The notes: a model not told the origin generated them from the letters alone. 54,743 nucleotides of DNA from an uncultured Clostridia bacterium (GCA_964454195.1 CAYVRD010000001.1:1-54743); one strand, 5' to 3'; numbered from the stretch's first letter, positions 9,063 through 18,435 are shown. Program-made: numbers and translations.

Positions 9063-10328
9063 GTGAGAAATAGGGTGAAAAAAATAAGTGTTTTGCTGTT
9101 AATAATCTTTATCTGGACCAGTACTATGGTTGGCTGTACTACTGTACCCACAGTGGCCGTGCCACCACCAGTAGCCAGTGTAGATAAGAAGATAGACCTG
9201 TCGCCCTACATGGTAGTAGCACCTCCTAAAGAAAGCAATAACGTACCTATTGAGCCCCATCTGAGCTATATAGATACAGCCTATTTGATGAATCTAATGA
9301 GGATAAACGGTGATATCAGCCAACAGAGAACCTCCTATGACCAGTATGCTCCAGATTGGACATTTGTACTGGTGGACTCTCGACCCCCAGCTAGATTCAA
9401 GGAAGCTCATATTAATGGTTCTATAAATATTCCAGATGCCCAATTCGATCAGTATGCCCACCTGCTACCAGCAGACAAGAATAAAATGATAATCTTTTAT
9501 TGTGGTGGATTACATTGTCACCTAAGTCCTAGCTCAGCTAATAAAGCTATAGCCTTAGGCTACACCAATGTCCATGTCTATCAAGAAGGCACAGATTTTT
9601 GGACAGAAGCGAGAAACTACTATGTGACCACACCTGAATACGTGGCCACCTTAATTACTACAGAACGGGTTAACGATGTCAAAGCTAAACCCTTCCTAAT
9701 TATCGATGCTAGACCTTTTAATGTGTACTTTGAGAGCCATATTCCTACTGCAGTACACATGGATGATCGGATATTTATGGAGAAGTACTTACAAGCTGTT
9801 CCAGTGGACAAAAAAACTGAGATTATCGTTTATTGTGGAGGCTTCTTCTGTCACAAAAGTCACTATATAGCCCATCTGTTAGTTAACAGAGGCTACCAGG
9901 ATGTCAAGGTGCTGGCTGGAGGGAATCCAGCATGGAAGGCTGCCGGATACCCCATGTTTGGAGCTGCAGCGGCAGGAGGAAGCTTTGATATTACCGGCGG
10001 AAAGCCTAATCGCAAGCTTAGTCCTACCGAGTTCCAACAGCGAATGGCTGGAAGTAATGTTGTCATATTAGATGTGCGGAATGATCAAGAAAGAGCAACG
10101 GGAGCTATAAGGGGCTCTATTCATATCCAGGATACTAGGATAATGGCAGATCCCAAAGCTATCGCCAATCTATTGCCTGCTGATAAATCTACCACGATAC
10201 TTATCCATTGTGCCGCCGGAGCTAGAGCGGCAGGTGTGGTGGATAAAATTGCAGAGCTAGGCTATGCAAATACCTTCTACTTAGATGGCAGAATTATGAT
10301 CGGCAATGATGGTAGCTATTCCTTTTAG
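9063..10328 (+). CDS. Lipoprotein with three rhodanese domains
   Basis: GTG start after AAGGGAG. Lipobox STMVGC. The three rhodanese modules have Cys loops YCGGLHCH, YCGGFFCH and HCAAGARA. Confidence 0.8.
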   Translation: MRNRVKKISVLLLIIFIWTSTMVGCTTVPTVAVPPPVASVDKKIDLSPYMVVAPPKESNNVPIEPHLSYIDTAYLMNLMRINGDISQQRTSYDQYAPDWTFVLVDSRPPARFKEAHINGSINIPDAQFDQYAHLLPADKNKMIIFYCGGLHCHLSPSSANKAIALGYTNVHVYQEGTDFWTEARNYYVTTPEYVATLITTERVNDVKAKPFLIIDARPFNVYFESHIPTAVHMDDRIFMEKYLQAVPVDKKTEIIVYCGGFFCHKSHYIAHLLVNRGYQDVKVLAGGNPAWKAAGYPMFGAAAAGGSFDITGGKPNRKLSPTEFQQRMAGSNVVILDVRNDQERATGAIRGSIHIQDTRIMADPKAIANLLPADKSTTILIHCAAGARAAGVVDKIAELGYANTFYLDGRIMIGNDGSYSF

Positions 10329-10365
10329 TTGATTATACTGCCCCCCCAGTTAATCTGAAATAGAG

Positions 10366-10402
10366 AAAAGTCAGCATGGCATCAGTGATATGCTGACTTT
10401 TT
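10366..10402. terminator. Bidirectional intrinsic terminator
   Basis: A 12-bp stem AAAAGTCAGCAT (10366-10377) / ATGCTGACTTTT (10390-10401) flanked by A and T runs, between convergent genes. Confidence 0.7.
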
Positions 10403-10413
10403 CTCATTTTAAA

Positions 10414-11142
10414 CTAGATTTTCTTGGAAAGCTGAAGAATGGCTGCAGGGCAGTTAGTCACACAAGTTGAGCAGCGAATACACGCCTGATTGTCTAATTG
10501 ATGAGCAGTACTTTCTATCTCTTTATAGGGCTCTAGCTGCATGGGACAAACCTTGGCGCATTTGCCACATTTTTTGCATGCATCTGGATCTGTTAAGAGA
10601 ATTTTTTCATCGTGCTTATCTGCTACTCCCAAAAGCTTGCTAAGCTTATATACCCCCAGCTGCATGGTGCCCATGGGACAAATGTAGCACCAGGTGCGAG
10701 GACTAATAAAGACTGCCAGCAACGAGCCAATTACTGTAACCACCAGATAAGTGATGACGAAGGTGTACCCTAGCTGGTCAATAAAGGAGGCAGAGCCATA
10801 AAGCTTAAAAACCTCCAGAAGTCTAGAGCCAAACATGAGGATGAACCAAGAAAGCATTAGTAGAGCTGCCCAGGGGGTGCGGAGGAGTTTAGGAATTTCC
10901 CGATTTGCACTAATGGGCAGAGTAATCAGGTCATAAAGACTGCCATGGGTACAGTAGTTGCCACACCAATACCTGCCTTTAAAAAAACCCACCAGAGTAA
11001 GGGAGAGCATGACACCTATCACCAGTAGACCTAGCTTGGGATACCATAAACCCCCTAGTGCAACTACTAAGGTAAATATCCATCCGTATCGCCGAAGAGG
11101 AGTAAAAATTCGATTTGTTTTTATATAGACTTTTTTATGCAC
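10414..11142 (-). CDS. Membrane-bound 4Fe-4S polyferredoxin (NapH/MauN/CcoG-like)
   Basis: It has 4-5 TM helices with CGNYCTHG and CYICPMGT motifs. The C-terminal 2x[4Fe-4S] motifs are CKKCGKCAKVCP and CIRCSTCVTNCP. GTG start after GGAGG plus T8. Confidence 0.75.
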   Translation of the reverse strand: MHKKVYIKTNRIFTPLRRYGWIFTLVVALGGLWYPKLGLLVIGVMLSLTLVGFFKGRYWCGNYCTHGSLYDLITLPISANREIPKLLRTPWAALLMLSWFILMFGSRLLEVFKLYGSASFIDQLGYTFVITYLVVTVIGSLLAVFISPRTWCYICPMGTMQLGVYKLSKLLGVADKHDEKILLTDPDACKKCGKCAKVCPMQLEPYKEIESTAHQLDNQACIRCSTCVTNCPAAILQLSKKI

Positions 11143-11167
11143 AAAAAAAACCTCCAGTCCCTACAGA

Positions 11168-11186
11168 TATACCCCCAAGGGGTATA
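11168..11186. promoter_or_regulatory. 8-3-8 perfect inverted repeat TATACCCC-CAA-GGGGTATA at the predicted +1 of the minus-strand polyferredoxin gene
   Basis: The palindrome is read directly. A minus-strand TTGAAT (rc of 11214-11219), a 16-nt spacer and TATAAT (rc of 11192-11197) lie just upstream of it. It is either an operator or a 5'-UTR hairpin. Confidence 0.35.
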
Positions 11187-11348
11187 ATTTAATTATACTA
11201 TAGCCTGGAAATTATTCAATAGCTATTTATTTTTTTCTTTGTGGCTAGCTGGAATTAAACCGGCTTACCCTTTATGAAAGTGTATAGCTAGGTTATACTT
11301 GAGATAAGCTATGGATGACTAGAGATAATTAAAGTAGGAGGTTTTTTG

Positions 11349-11648
11349 ATGATTGAGACTAAAATATTAGTATCGGACCCGGTGGGGGATTATGGGAGCT
11401 TTAAGATTATTATTACTGAAGGCAGTGGTTTTTCTGTAGGCTTGATAGGCGGCAAATACCTGTTTTCTGTGCCCCAGTACAGCTGGAGCTATTTAGCAGA
11501 AGGGGAGCTAACTGAGGAAAAGGAGGCTTGGCAGGAAAAAATATCAGATAATCTTCCCCAGCCTATAAGAGAACATTTGGCTGAGTGTCTGATGAGATAT
11601 GCCAGATCTTTAAAAGACCAAGGGGAAGCTATTAAAGCCAAAAAATAG
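11349..11648 (+). CDS. Hypothetical protein (99 aa)
   Basis: AGGAGG lies 7 nt upstream of ATG 11349. I recognise no domain. Confidence 0.5.
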   Translation: MIETKILVSDPVGDYGSFKIIITEGSGFSVGLIGGKYLFSVPQYSWSYLAEGELTEEKEAWQEKISDNLPQPIREHLAECLMRYARSLKDQGEAIKAKK

Positions 11649-11687
11649 CTTTTAATTAGGGGAATATTATTTTGGGGGGAGAGAAGG

Positions 11688-12245
11688 ATGAACCTACATA
11701 AGATTGAGATGATGGAATTTCTAAATAAAATAAATTCCTCAAAGCCAATACCAAGTGCAGGAGCAGCATTAGCTGTTACGGCAGCGTTAGGTGCAGCCCT
11801 ATTAGGCTTGACAGCAAAGGTGTCTCAAAGAAAAGAGGGTAGTACAAAAGCTAATTACTTAGAGGAGCTGAGCAACCGAGTTGATGAGCTAGCTGCCGAG
11901 TTTATCAAGCTGGGTGAAGAAGATGTAGCAATATATTTAGAGGCAGCTAAACTAGGTGCCGACCCTAGTCGGGCTATTGAGATACCTCTTGATATGGCAG
12001 AGAAGGCTCTAGAGCTGGCGCTCCAATATGAAAAGGTCATCAATCAATGCTATACACCCATTAAAGGAGATGCTTGGCTTGGTGTGGAGCTATTAAAAAC
12101 CTGTGCTAAAACTGCCAACTATATTGCTTTGCTAAACATCCATCAGCTAAAGCCAGAGGAACAGACAGACTATCAGCAACGCATTGATAGGATCCAGCAG
12201 CAGCTGGGAGTAAGATGTACTCCAGAGGGATGTACCTTGGGGTGA
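11688..12245 (+). CDS. Cyclodeaminase/cyclohydrolase family protein (FTCD C-terminal-like)
   Basis: N-terminal signature PSAGAALAVTAALGAALLGLTAKVS and an all-helical sequence of about 185 aa. Confidence 0.7.
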   Translation: MNLHKIEMMEFLNKINSSKPIPSAGAALAVTAALGAALLGLTAKVSQRKEGSTKANYLEELSNRVDELAAEFIKLGEEDVAIYLEAAKLGADPSRAIEIPLDMAEKALELALQYEKVINQCYTPIKGDAWLGVELLKTCAKTANYIALLNIHQLKPEEQTDYQQRIDRIQQQLGVRCTPEGCTLG

Positions 12246-12254
12246 ACAATAGCA

Positions 12255-12298
12255 AAGCCACTGGAGTCCTGCTTTCTCATAGGAAACTCCAGTGGCTT
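12255..12298. terminator. Bidirectional intrinsic terminator
   Basis: A 12-13-bp stem AAGCCACTGGAGT / ACTCCAGTGGCTT between convergent genes. Confidence 0.7.
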
Positions 12299-12319
12299 AT
12301 TTAGTTGTGGTAAGCAAAG

Positions 12320-13171
12320 CTATTTTTTAGTGTAATAGGCTATGCCCAGGGAGCCTGGACCCACATGTAATCCTACTACTGGGCCTATGGGACAAAGAGG
12401 CAAGTTTCTTCCAAGCTTACTAGATAGTTTCTCGGCTAATTGGAGACCTTCCTGCTGGTTGTCAATATGGTGAATAACTCCATCCCCAAAGCCTTTTTCC
12501 TCCACATCCTTTAAAAAGGTGTCGGCAATTGTGGAGATGGCTTTTGCTTTAGTGCGCACCTTTGTAAAAACCTCAGTTTTTCCGTCTACAACAGTTAATA
12601 TTGGTTTTATCTGAAGCAGAGAGCCTAGAAGAGCTGACGCACCTCCAATTCTACCCCCCTTTTTAAGATAGGCTAGGGTGTCGGGAGTAAACAAAAATCG
12701 GCTAGTTGCTATTACTTGGTTAGCAGCAGCTACTACCTCTGACAGGGCTGCTCCTCCTTGAGCTGCTCTAGCGGCAGCTAGCACAGCAAATCCCAGCTCC
12801 ATGCAATTAGAGCGTGAATCTACTAGCTCTATCTGAGCAGAGGGATATTTTTCAAGCACCATTTGTTTGGCTGTCAAGGCACTAGTAAAGGTGCCACTCA
12901 TCGAGGAAGAGATAAACACGCCAACAACTCCATTATTTTCCTTTGCTTGTTGCTCAAAAACCTTGTAGAAGTCTACTGCAGCAGGCTGGGAAGAGGTGGG
13001 AACTTTTTTGCTCTGTTTTAATCTTTGGAAAAATTCTTCATGGGATAGGGTTTCCTCTAAATAGCTGTCAGTATCAAATATAACACTCAGTGAAACAACA
13101 GATATGTCTAGCTCTTTCCTCAGCTCCACAGGGATATAAGATGTGCTATCTGTTACTACGTGAATAGACAT
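12320..13171 (-). CDS. DegV family fatty-acid-binding protein
   Basis: IHVVTDSTSYIP... with typical DegV blocks. GGAGGTG lies upstream of ATG 13171, so I prefer it to the track start at 13186. Confidence 0.85.
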   Translation of the reverse strand: MSIHVVTDSTSYIPVELRKELDISVVSLSVIFDTDSYLEETLSHEEFFQRLKQSKKVPTSSQPAAVDFYKVFEQQAKENNGVVGVFISSSMSGTFTSALTAKQMVLEKYPSAQIELVDSRSNCMELGFAVLAAARAAQGGAALSEVVAAANQVIATSRFLFTPDTLAYLKKGGRIGGASALLGSLLQIKPILTVVDGKTEVFTKVRTKAKAISTIADTFLKDVEEKGFGDGVIHHIDNQQEGLQLAEKLSSKLGRNLPLCPIGPVVGLHVGPGSLGIAYYTKK

Positions 13172-13213
13172 GGTTAACACCTCCAAAAAAGAAAGCAGCC
13201 AATTTATTACTGG

Positions 13214-14581
13214 CTACTTTTTAGTAATAGTATCCCCTGTGCCAACTCTGACGACTCTTGGTACAGGTGTATATGTATCCCTAGATATATGCTCTTCCTC
13301 TAGCACTTCTCCATTATCATAGGTTAGGCGGTAAATGGATACCCTATAGCCGTTGCTTCCCTTATTTTCAATTATTTCCATACCTTTAGGCAGCTGAGAA
13401 TCTAAAATAGTACGAGTTGGAGGAGGAATGATTTGGATATTTCTGGCAACTATTTCCACACTAGGAATCTCATGCTGCTCTGGGCCAAAGATGTTTACCC
13501 ACAAATTATCTTTTTCCATATAGCTGGTTATAATCAGAGGGTAGGAAAAGGGATTGCTAAACCTAAAGTCCACATTGCCATAAGACACGGTGGCATCAAA
13601 ACCAATTGGCAGATAATTTAGTGGTAGACTATGATTTCTTCTTTCCACAACAGGTAGCTTAGCTCTGAGTACAGCCTGATAAAGAGTGCTAGAAACTTGA
13701 CAAATTCCCCCACCTATGCCAGTGATAGCTTGCTGTTGAAAAATTACTGTTGCAGGCTTAAAACCCCTCTCAGCAGTGGCTTTACCCACAATCTCTAAAA
13801 AAGAGAAGGTTTGACCGGGCTCTACCACCTGGCCGTTGATAAGCTGACTAGCTAATATCACATTTTCGGTTCGGTTTCTATTACTAGAAACTTTGGTGGA
13901 AAAGGAGCTTATATTATTGCTGTAATCAGGTAAATCTTCTAGATATACTGCAGGTCTATCTAAACTCAGCATCACTTTAGGCTGAATCAATAGATTACTA
14001 GCTAATGCCTCTTGGGTGTTGGCAACTATATCCTCTAGAGAGATATTATATCCATAGACATGGGGGTGTGCTACTGGCTTACCGTCAACAACCTCAATGA
14101 AGGCATCAGCTGCTTCGTTTGGTAGTTGCTGGATGACATTTTCTGACCACTGAACTAAAAGATTTTGATCATAGGTAAGAGGCACACTTATATCTACTCT
14201 TGAAGGAAATAAGCTTAGGTTTAAGGCTAAAAATTCCCTGAAACTTGGGTTTAAGAGATTCCAAATACGATTGTAAAAATAGTCCCAGTCGTAGCTACCA
14301 TTTATAACTGCTAGGGATAATGGGAAGGAGAATAAGACATTTCCTTCTTCGTCTGCTAACAGCAAATCTATGGAAGTGGGCAGCTTATCTTGCATCAGCT
14401 CAACTGCCTCTTCTAATGTATAGTCGGAAAGGGAAATATTATGCGCAAAAATATTGGCTGGTAAGGTGTGGGGATGCTTAATTATATTGCCCCAACTTGC
14501 CACAGTAATTCCCACCATCATCACAGTCAGTATTAGTGCCACGGCTTTGCTTCTAGAATATGGTGGTTGAATAGTCCCCAA
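13214..14581 (-). CDS. VanW family protein with a C-terminal G5-like domain
   Basis: N-terminal TM helix. VanW core GGGICQVSSTLYQA. The C-terminus ...YTPVPRVVRVGTG is G5-like. TTG start 8 nt after AGGAGG. Confidence 0.85.
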   Translation of the reverse strand: MGTIQPPYSRSKAVALILTVMMVGITVASWGNIIKHPHTLPANIFAHNISLSDYTLEEAVELMQDKLPTSIDLLLADEEGNVLFSFPLSLAVINGSYDWDYFYNRIWNLLNPSFREFLALNLSLFPSRVDISVPLTYDQNLLVQWSENVIQQLPNEAADAFIEVVDGKPVAHPHVYGYNISLEDIVANTQEALASNLLIQPKVMLSLDRPAVYLEDLPDYSNNISSFSTKVSSNRNRTENVILASQLINGQVVEPGQTFSFLEIVGKATAERGFKPATVIFQQQAITGIGGGICQVSSTLYQAVLRAKLPVVERRNHSLPLNYLPIGFDATVSYGNVDFRFSNPFSYPLIITSYMEKDNLWVNIFGPEQHEIPSVEIVARNIQIIPPPTRTILDSQLPKGMEIIENKGSNGYRVSIYRLTYDNGEVLEEEHISRDTYTPVPRVVRVGTGDTITKK

Positions 14582-14627
14582 TAAAGTAGCCTCCTAATTA
14601 ATTATAGTAGAATTTCTTAGATGGCTG

Positions 14628-15490
14628 TTATTCTGCTATCATGGTCAATTCAATTATCTTTTGCCGACCTAACTTATATACCTGCTCAAATATTTCATCA
14701 GTGATTGTTGCCCCCACAGGAGCGATTACTTTTCCTTCGCTATCGGTGACAGCTTGCTTAAGTTTTTTACCGATTAAAAAGCTTTTTTGTTTCTGAATAA
14801 ACAGCTCCACAGATGATGTGGAGGTTTCTTCTGCTGGAGCTTCTACCTCTGTTTCAGCCACCTCTTCTGGGATTTCGGTTTCCACTTCCACTTCCTCTTC
14901 CACTTCCTCTTGGACTGGAGGATAAGCAGCTGTATCTATTGTCTGTACTGGTGCTACAGATTCACTTTTTTTTTCTGCTTCTACACTAGACATACCATCT
15001 AGCTTTTGTAGCTTATCTTCAATTTCTTCCACCACAAACAAGACCTGTTGACCAAAGCTTAAGATGCTGTCTAAAGGAATAGCCAGCTCTTCATTGGCCT
15101 GATTTTTAAAAGTGACAAAGGGAATAGAGCCAGTATCTTGATCAATCATATACTCTGTTACATGACCCAACATTCTGCCGCGCTTTGTCAATACCTTAGT
15201 ATCAATTACCTTGACATTTTTCGCCAAAAGATCAGCAGCGATGTTTAGCTTACTCAAGTCTACAAAAGCGCTGCTATCGGCAATTGTTACTGCGTATTCC
15301 CCAACTCCCAGGGCTTCTTTAAAAGGAATAGCAGAAATATTTCCAGTTGCCTTTTCCTCGCTGGGGTTAACTAGTAAAAATTCCACAGTTCGTTGCTCTG
15401 GGTTGATTACAAGGTCAGAAACTGTTCCTACCTCACGACCATTAGTAATGCTAATTACGGGGGAGTTAATAATTTGACTACTTTTTTCAT
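14628..15490 (-). CDS. PRC-barrel domain protein with an acidic linker; apparent 1-nt frameshift in an A6 run right after the ATG
   Basis: The track ORF starts at GTG 15386, but the same frame upstream encodes SSQIINSPVISITNGREVGTVSDLVINPEQRTV, the first half of a PRC barrel. The only RBS (GGAGTGAGAGA) and ATG (15490) are in another frame (ATG AAA AAA GTA ... TAA). One extra A would join them. The span is 863 nt, which is not a multiple of 3. Confidence 0.6.
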
Positions 15491-15518
15491 TCTCTCACTC
15501 CTAAGCTAATTTTAATGG

Positions 15519-16304
15519 TTATCCTTTTAGTGCCTGCTGTTTTAAATAATCTGGAATGGCACTATATCGCATATGGCTGATGCCATTTACTGCCAGAAGA
15601 ATAAACAAACGACGGTAAAACTCAACATCTTGACTGATTTTTTTATGCATTTCATTCAATTGGACATTTTCACCATTAACAGCTAGTTTCAGCTTAGTCC
15701 TTTTGCCTAATAGTATTAGTTTTTTATACTGGCCTAATTCTTGATAAATTTGCAGTAATTGAGCATATAATAGACTCAGTAGGTCAGAATCTGCAGTATT
15801 ACTCCAAACCTGCTGGAAGGCTTTTGCTGCCTCTACCAGGTTTCCTTGGGAAAAATCATTAAAGCCTTGGACAATTAAGGAATCCTGTATATCCGATGAC
15901 AAAGGCGAAGTTGGGTATGTAACATTATCTAGGTAATCTGGTGCATAAACAGAAGAGAAAATTGATGGTTCCACATTTATTGATGGTGGTTTGTTAGCTA
16001 GCTCCGCTTGCTTTGTTTCAAGAGTATCAGCATGGATTATTCCACTATTTACTTCAGCAGGTATTTGACTCTTAATTTGCTTAGGTAGAGACCAGCTCAT
16101 GCCAACAGCTACCATAAAAAGAGTGGCAACTGTAAAGGGTAATTCAAAAAAGCTTAATAAGACAGGAAAGACAGCAGCTAGTAGAAGACCGTAGCCCAGC
16201 AATCGGTTATGATAACTCAGCTTTTCCTTATCAGCGGAAAATTTTACATTTAATAACCATAACAAGGAACCTGTAACGATTAGTGCGAAATAGTATTTCG
16301 CCAT
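15519..16304 (-). CDS. Hypothetical membrane protein (N-terminal TM helices, C-terminal TPR-like helical region)
   Basis: AAGGAGGTG RBS. There are 2-3 hydrophobic helices followed by a helical soluble part. The family is not recognised. Confidence 0.6.
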   Translation of the reverse strand: MAKYYFALIVTGSLLWLLNVKFSADKEKLSYHNRLLGYGLLLAAVFPVLLSFFELPFTVATLFMVAVGMSWSLPKQIKSQIPAEVNSGIIHADTLETKQAELANKPPSINVEPSIFSSVYAPDYLDNVTYPTSPLSSDIQDSLIVQGFNDFSQGNLVEAAKAFQQVWSNTADSDLLSLLYAQLLQIYQELGQYKKLILLGKRTKLKLAVNGENVQLNEMHKKISQDVEFYRRLFILLAVNGISHMRYSAIPDYLKQQALKG

Positions 16305-16513
16305 GGTTCACCTCCTTAAAAGTACACTATACAGATTTTTCGGCATAAAAACGCAAATTCCTGCATGTAAATACCTAACAGATTCACAATCCTAAAAAAA
16401 TAGTTTAACTTAAAATAAAAATATTTTAGCAAATTTTCAAAATTCACAAAGGTATTTGTTTAATATAGGCAGAATTAATTAAAAAATAAATTAGGAAGGG
16501 GGCTTGTATTCTT

Positions 16514-16939
16514 ATGCTTATCTCTTTTTTTCTCACTCCTAAACAAGATGTGGTCATATTGTCTACAAGAAATACAATGCGTCAAGCATTGGAAAAAATG
16601 GAATTCCATCGTTACTCGGCAGTGCCTATCATTGACGAGGAAGGTAAATATATAAGTACAGTTACTGAAGGGGATTTACTTTGGAAAATCAAAAATACTA
16701 GAGGGTTGACCTTTGAGGATACCCATAAAATCCTACTGACAGATGTACCAAATCATTTTCAAAATGTGGCTGTGAGCATTAACGCTAAGATGGAGCATTT
16801 AATTGATTTGGCTAAAACCCAAAACTTTGTACCTGTAGTAGATGATAATGGCGTTTTTATTGGGATTGTAAAGCGAAGTGAGATTATAGAATACTGTGCT
16901 AAGCTACTCCAAGACAAGGGACATTTGGTTAAAAATTAA
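16514..16939 (+). CDS. CBS domain pair protein
   Basis: Two CBS motifs (...YSAVPIIDEEGKYISTVTEGDLL... and ...NFVPVVDDNGVFIGIVKRSEII...). Confidence 0.8.
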   Translation: MLISFFLTPKQDVVILSTRNTMRQALEKMEFHRYSAVPIIDEEGKYISTVTEGDLLWKIKNTRGLTFEDTHKILLTDVPNHFQNVAVSINAKMEHLIDLAKTQNFVPVVDDNGVFIGIVKRSEIIEYCAKLLQDKGHLVKN

Positions 16940-16967
16940 ATTTGATGCAACTGATGGTTGCTAGCTT

Positions 16968-17002
16968 AAAAGGTCCGTTGATAATTTATCAACGGACCTT
17001 TT
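16968..17002. terminator. Bidirectional intrinsic terminator
   Basis: A perfect 15-bp stem AAAAGGTCCGTTGAT / ATCAACGGACCTTTT with a 5-nt loop. Confidence 0.8.
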
Positions 17003-17012
17003 GACTTACCTG

Positions 17013-18314
17013 TTAGCCTAGCATTTCAGCCAAGTCTTCTTGAGCATTTCCTGTTAGCTTTAAGTTAAAGGTCTTTTGCAGAACCTCTAGTACGCCTGGT
17101 GAAATAAAGGCTGGGGCACTAGGACCTACTCTAATATCGGTTACTCCTAAGCTTAATAAGCCCAAGAGAATGGCTACTGCCTTTTGCTCAAACCAGGATA
17201 ACACTATGCTCAGAGGCAGCTCGTTGACAGAGCAATCAAAGGCATCGGCTAAGGCCAGGGCAATTTTCACAGCAGATACTGAGTTGTTACATTGGCCCAG
17301 GTCAATATAGCGTGGAATGCAAGTGCCTGGCACTAGGCCAAAGTCCACATCGTTAAAGCGGAACTTTCCGCAGGAGGTGGTTAAAAGCACGCAATCCTGA
17401 GGCAATGAGGTAGCCAGCTCTCGGTAGTAATCTCGTCCCTTTGTGGGAGCATCACAGCCGGCAATAGTAAAGAATCTACGGATTTTACCAGCCTTTACAG
17501 CCTCGATAATCTCAGGAGCTATTGCCAGCACTGTATTGTGATGGAATCCAGTGCTCATAGTTTTATCAGATTCCACATTAGCTACAGGCAGCTCTAGTGC
17601 TCTGTTAATCAGCGGCGCAAAATCATCATTTTCGATCTTAGGAACTCCTTCTAAGCCAGCGGTAGCATAGGTCCACATGCGGTCTGCATAGTTTCCTCGG
17701 AGGATTGGCATTAGGCAGTTGGTAGTGCCAAGAATAGCTCCTGGGAAGGACTCAAACAGCTTTCTCTGGTCATGCCATGCCTTGCCCACATTGCCTTTTA
17801 GATGGGCAAATTTCTTTAGCTGGGGATAGCCATGGGCAGGCAGCATTTCTGAGTGGGTGTAGATGTTTATGCCTTTGCCCTCTGTTTGCTTTAACAGCTC
17901 TTCTAATGCTAATAGGTTGTGACCGGTAACTAAAATACATTTGCCTTCAATTTTGTCTGAGCTCACGGTGACGGGAACAGGTACACCTAATCGCTGGGTA
18001 TGAGCTTTATCTAATAAATCCATAACTTTAACAGTAGCTTCACCCACCTTTAAAGCCATTTGTATGTTTTCCTGGAGATTGAAATTTGAGTTTGTCAAGG
18101 TAGAGTAAAGGGCCTCTTGGGTGATAGCATCTACCTCAGGATCAGTGTAGCCCAGCTCTCGGGCATGGGTAGCGTACGCAGCAACACCCTTTAAGCCTAG
18201 GATAGTGATGTCCTGAAGACTGGCGATATCCGGATTTTTACCACATACACCAACCTTTGTACAACCGCCCTTTGGCGTCTGCTCACACTGGTAGCAAAAC
18301 ATAGATTCAAACAT
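17013..18314 (-). CDS. hcp: Hybrid-cluster protein / hydroxylamine reductase, short (433 aa) class
   Basis: N-terminal CYQCEQTPKGGCTKVGVCGK (Cx2Cx7Cx5C) with conserved HCP blocks throughout. AAGGAGG RBS. Confidence 0.9.
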   Translation of the reverse strand: MFESMFCYQCEQTPKGGCTKVGVCGKNPDIASLQDITILGLKGVAAYATHARELGYTDPEVDAITQEALYSTLTNSNFNLQENIQMALKVGEATVKVMDLLDKAHTQRLGVPVPVTVSSDKIEGKCILVTGHNLLALEELLKQTEGKGINIYTHSEMLPAHGYPQLKKFAHLKGNVGKAWHDQRKLFESFPGAILGTTNCLMPILRGNYADRMWTYATAGLEGVPKIENDDFAPLINRALELPVANVESDKTMSTGFHHNTVLAIAPEIIEAVKAGKIRRFFTIAGCDAPTKGRDYYRELATSLPQDCVLLTTSCGKFRFNDVDFGLVPGTCIPRYIDLGQCNNSVSAVKIALALADAFDCSVNELPLSIVLSWFEQKAVAILLGLLSLGVTDIRVGPSAPAFISPGVLEVLQKTFNLKLTGNAQEDLAEMLG

Positions 18315-18435
18315 TTTTAACGACCTCCTTATAATATCTTAATTTTTTTCAGCTCAACCAATGGTTAAGCTGTATCTCTTAAACACATAATAATAAAAAT
18401 ACCATCTTAATACCGTGACATATATCAAAGAAAGA

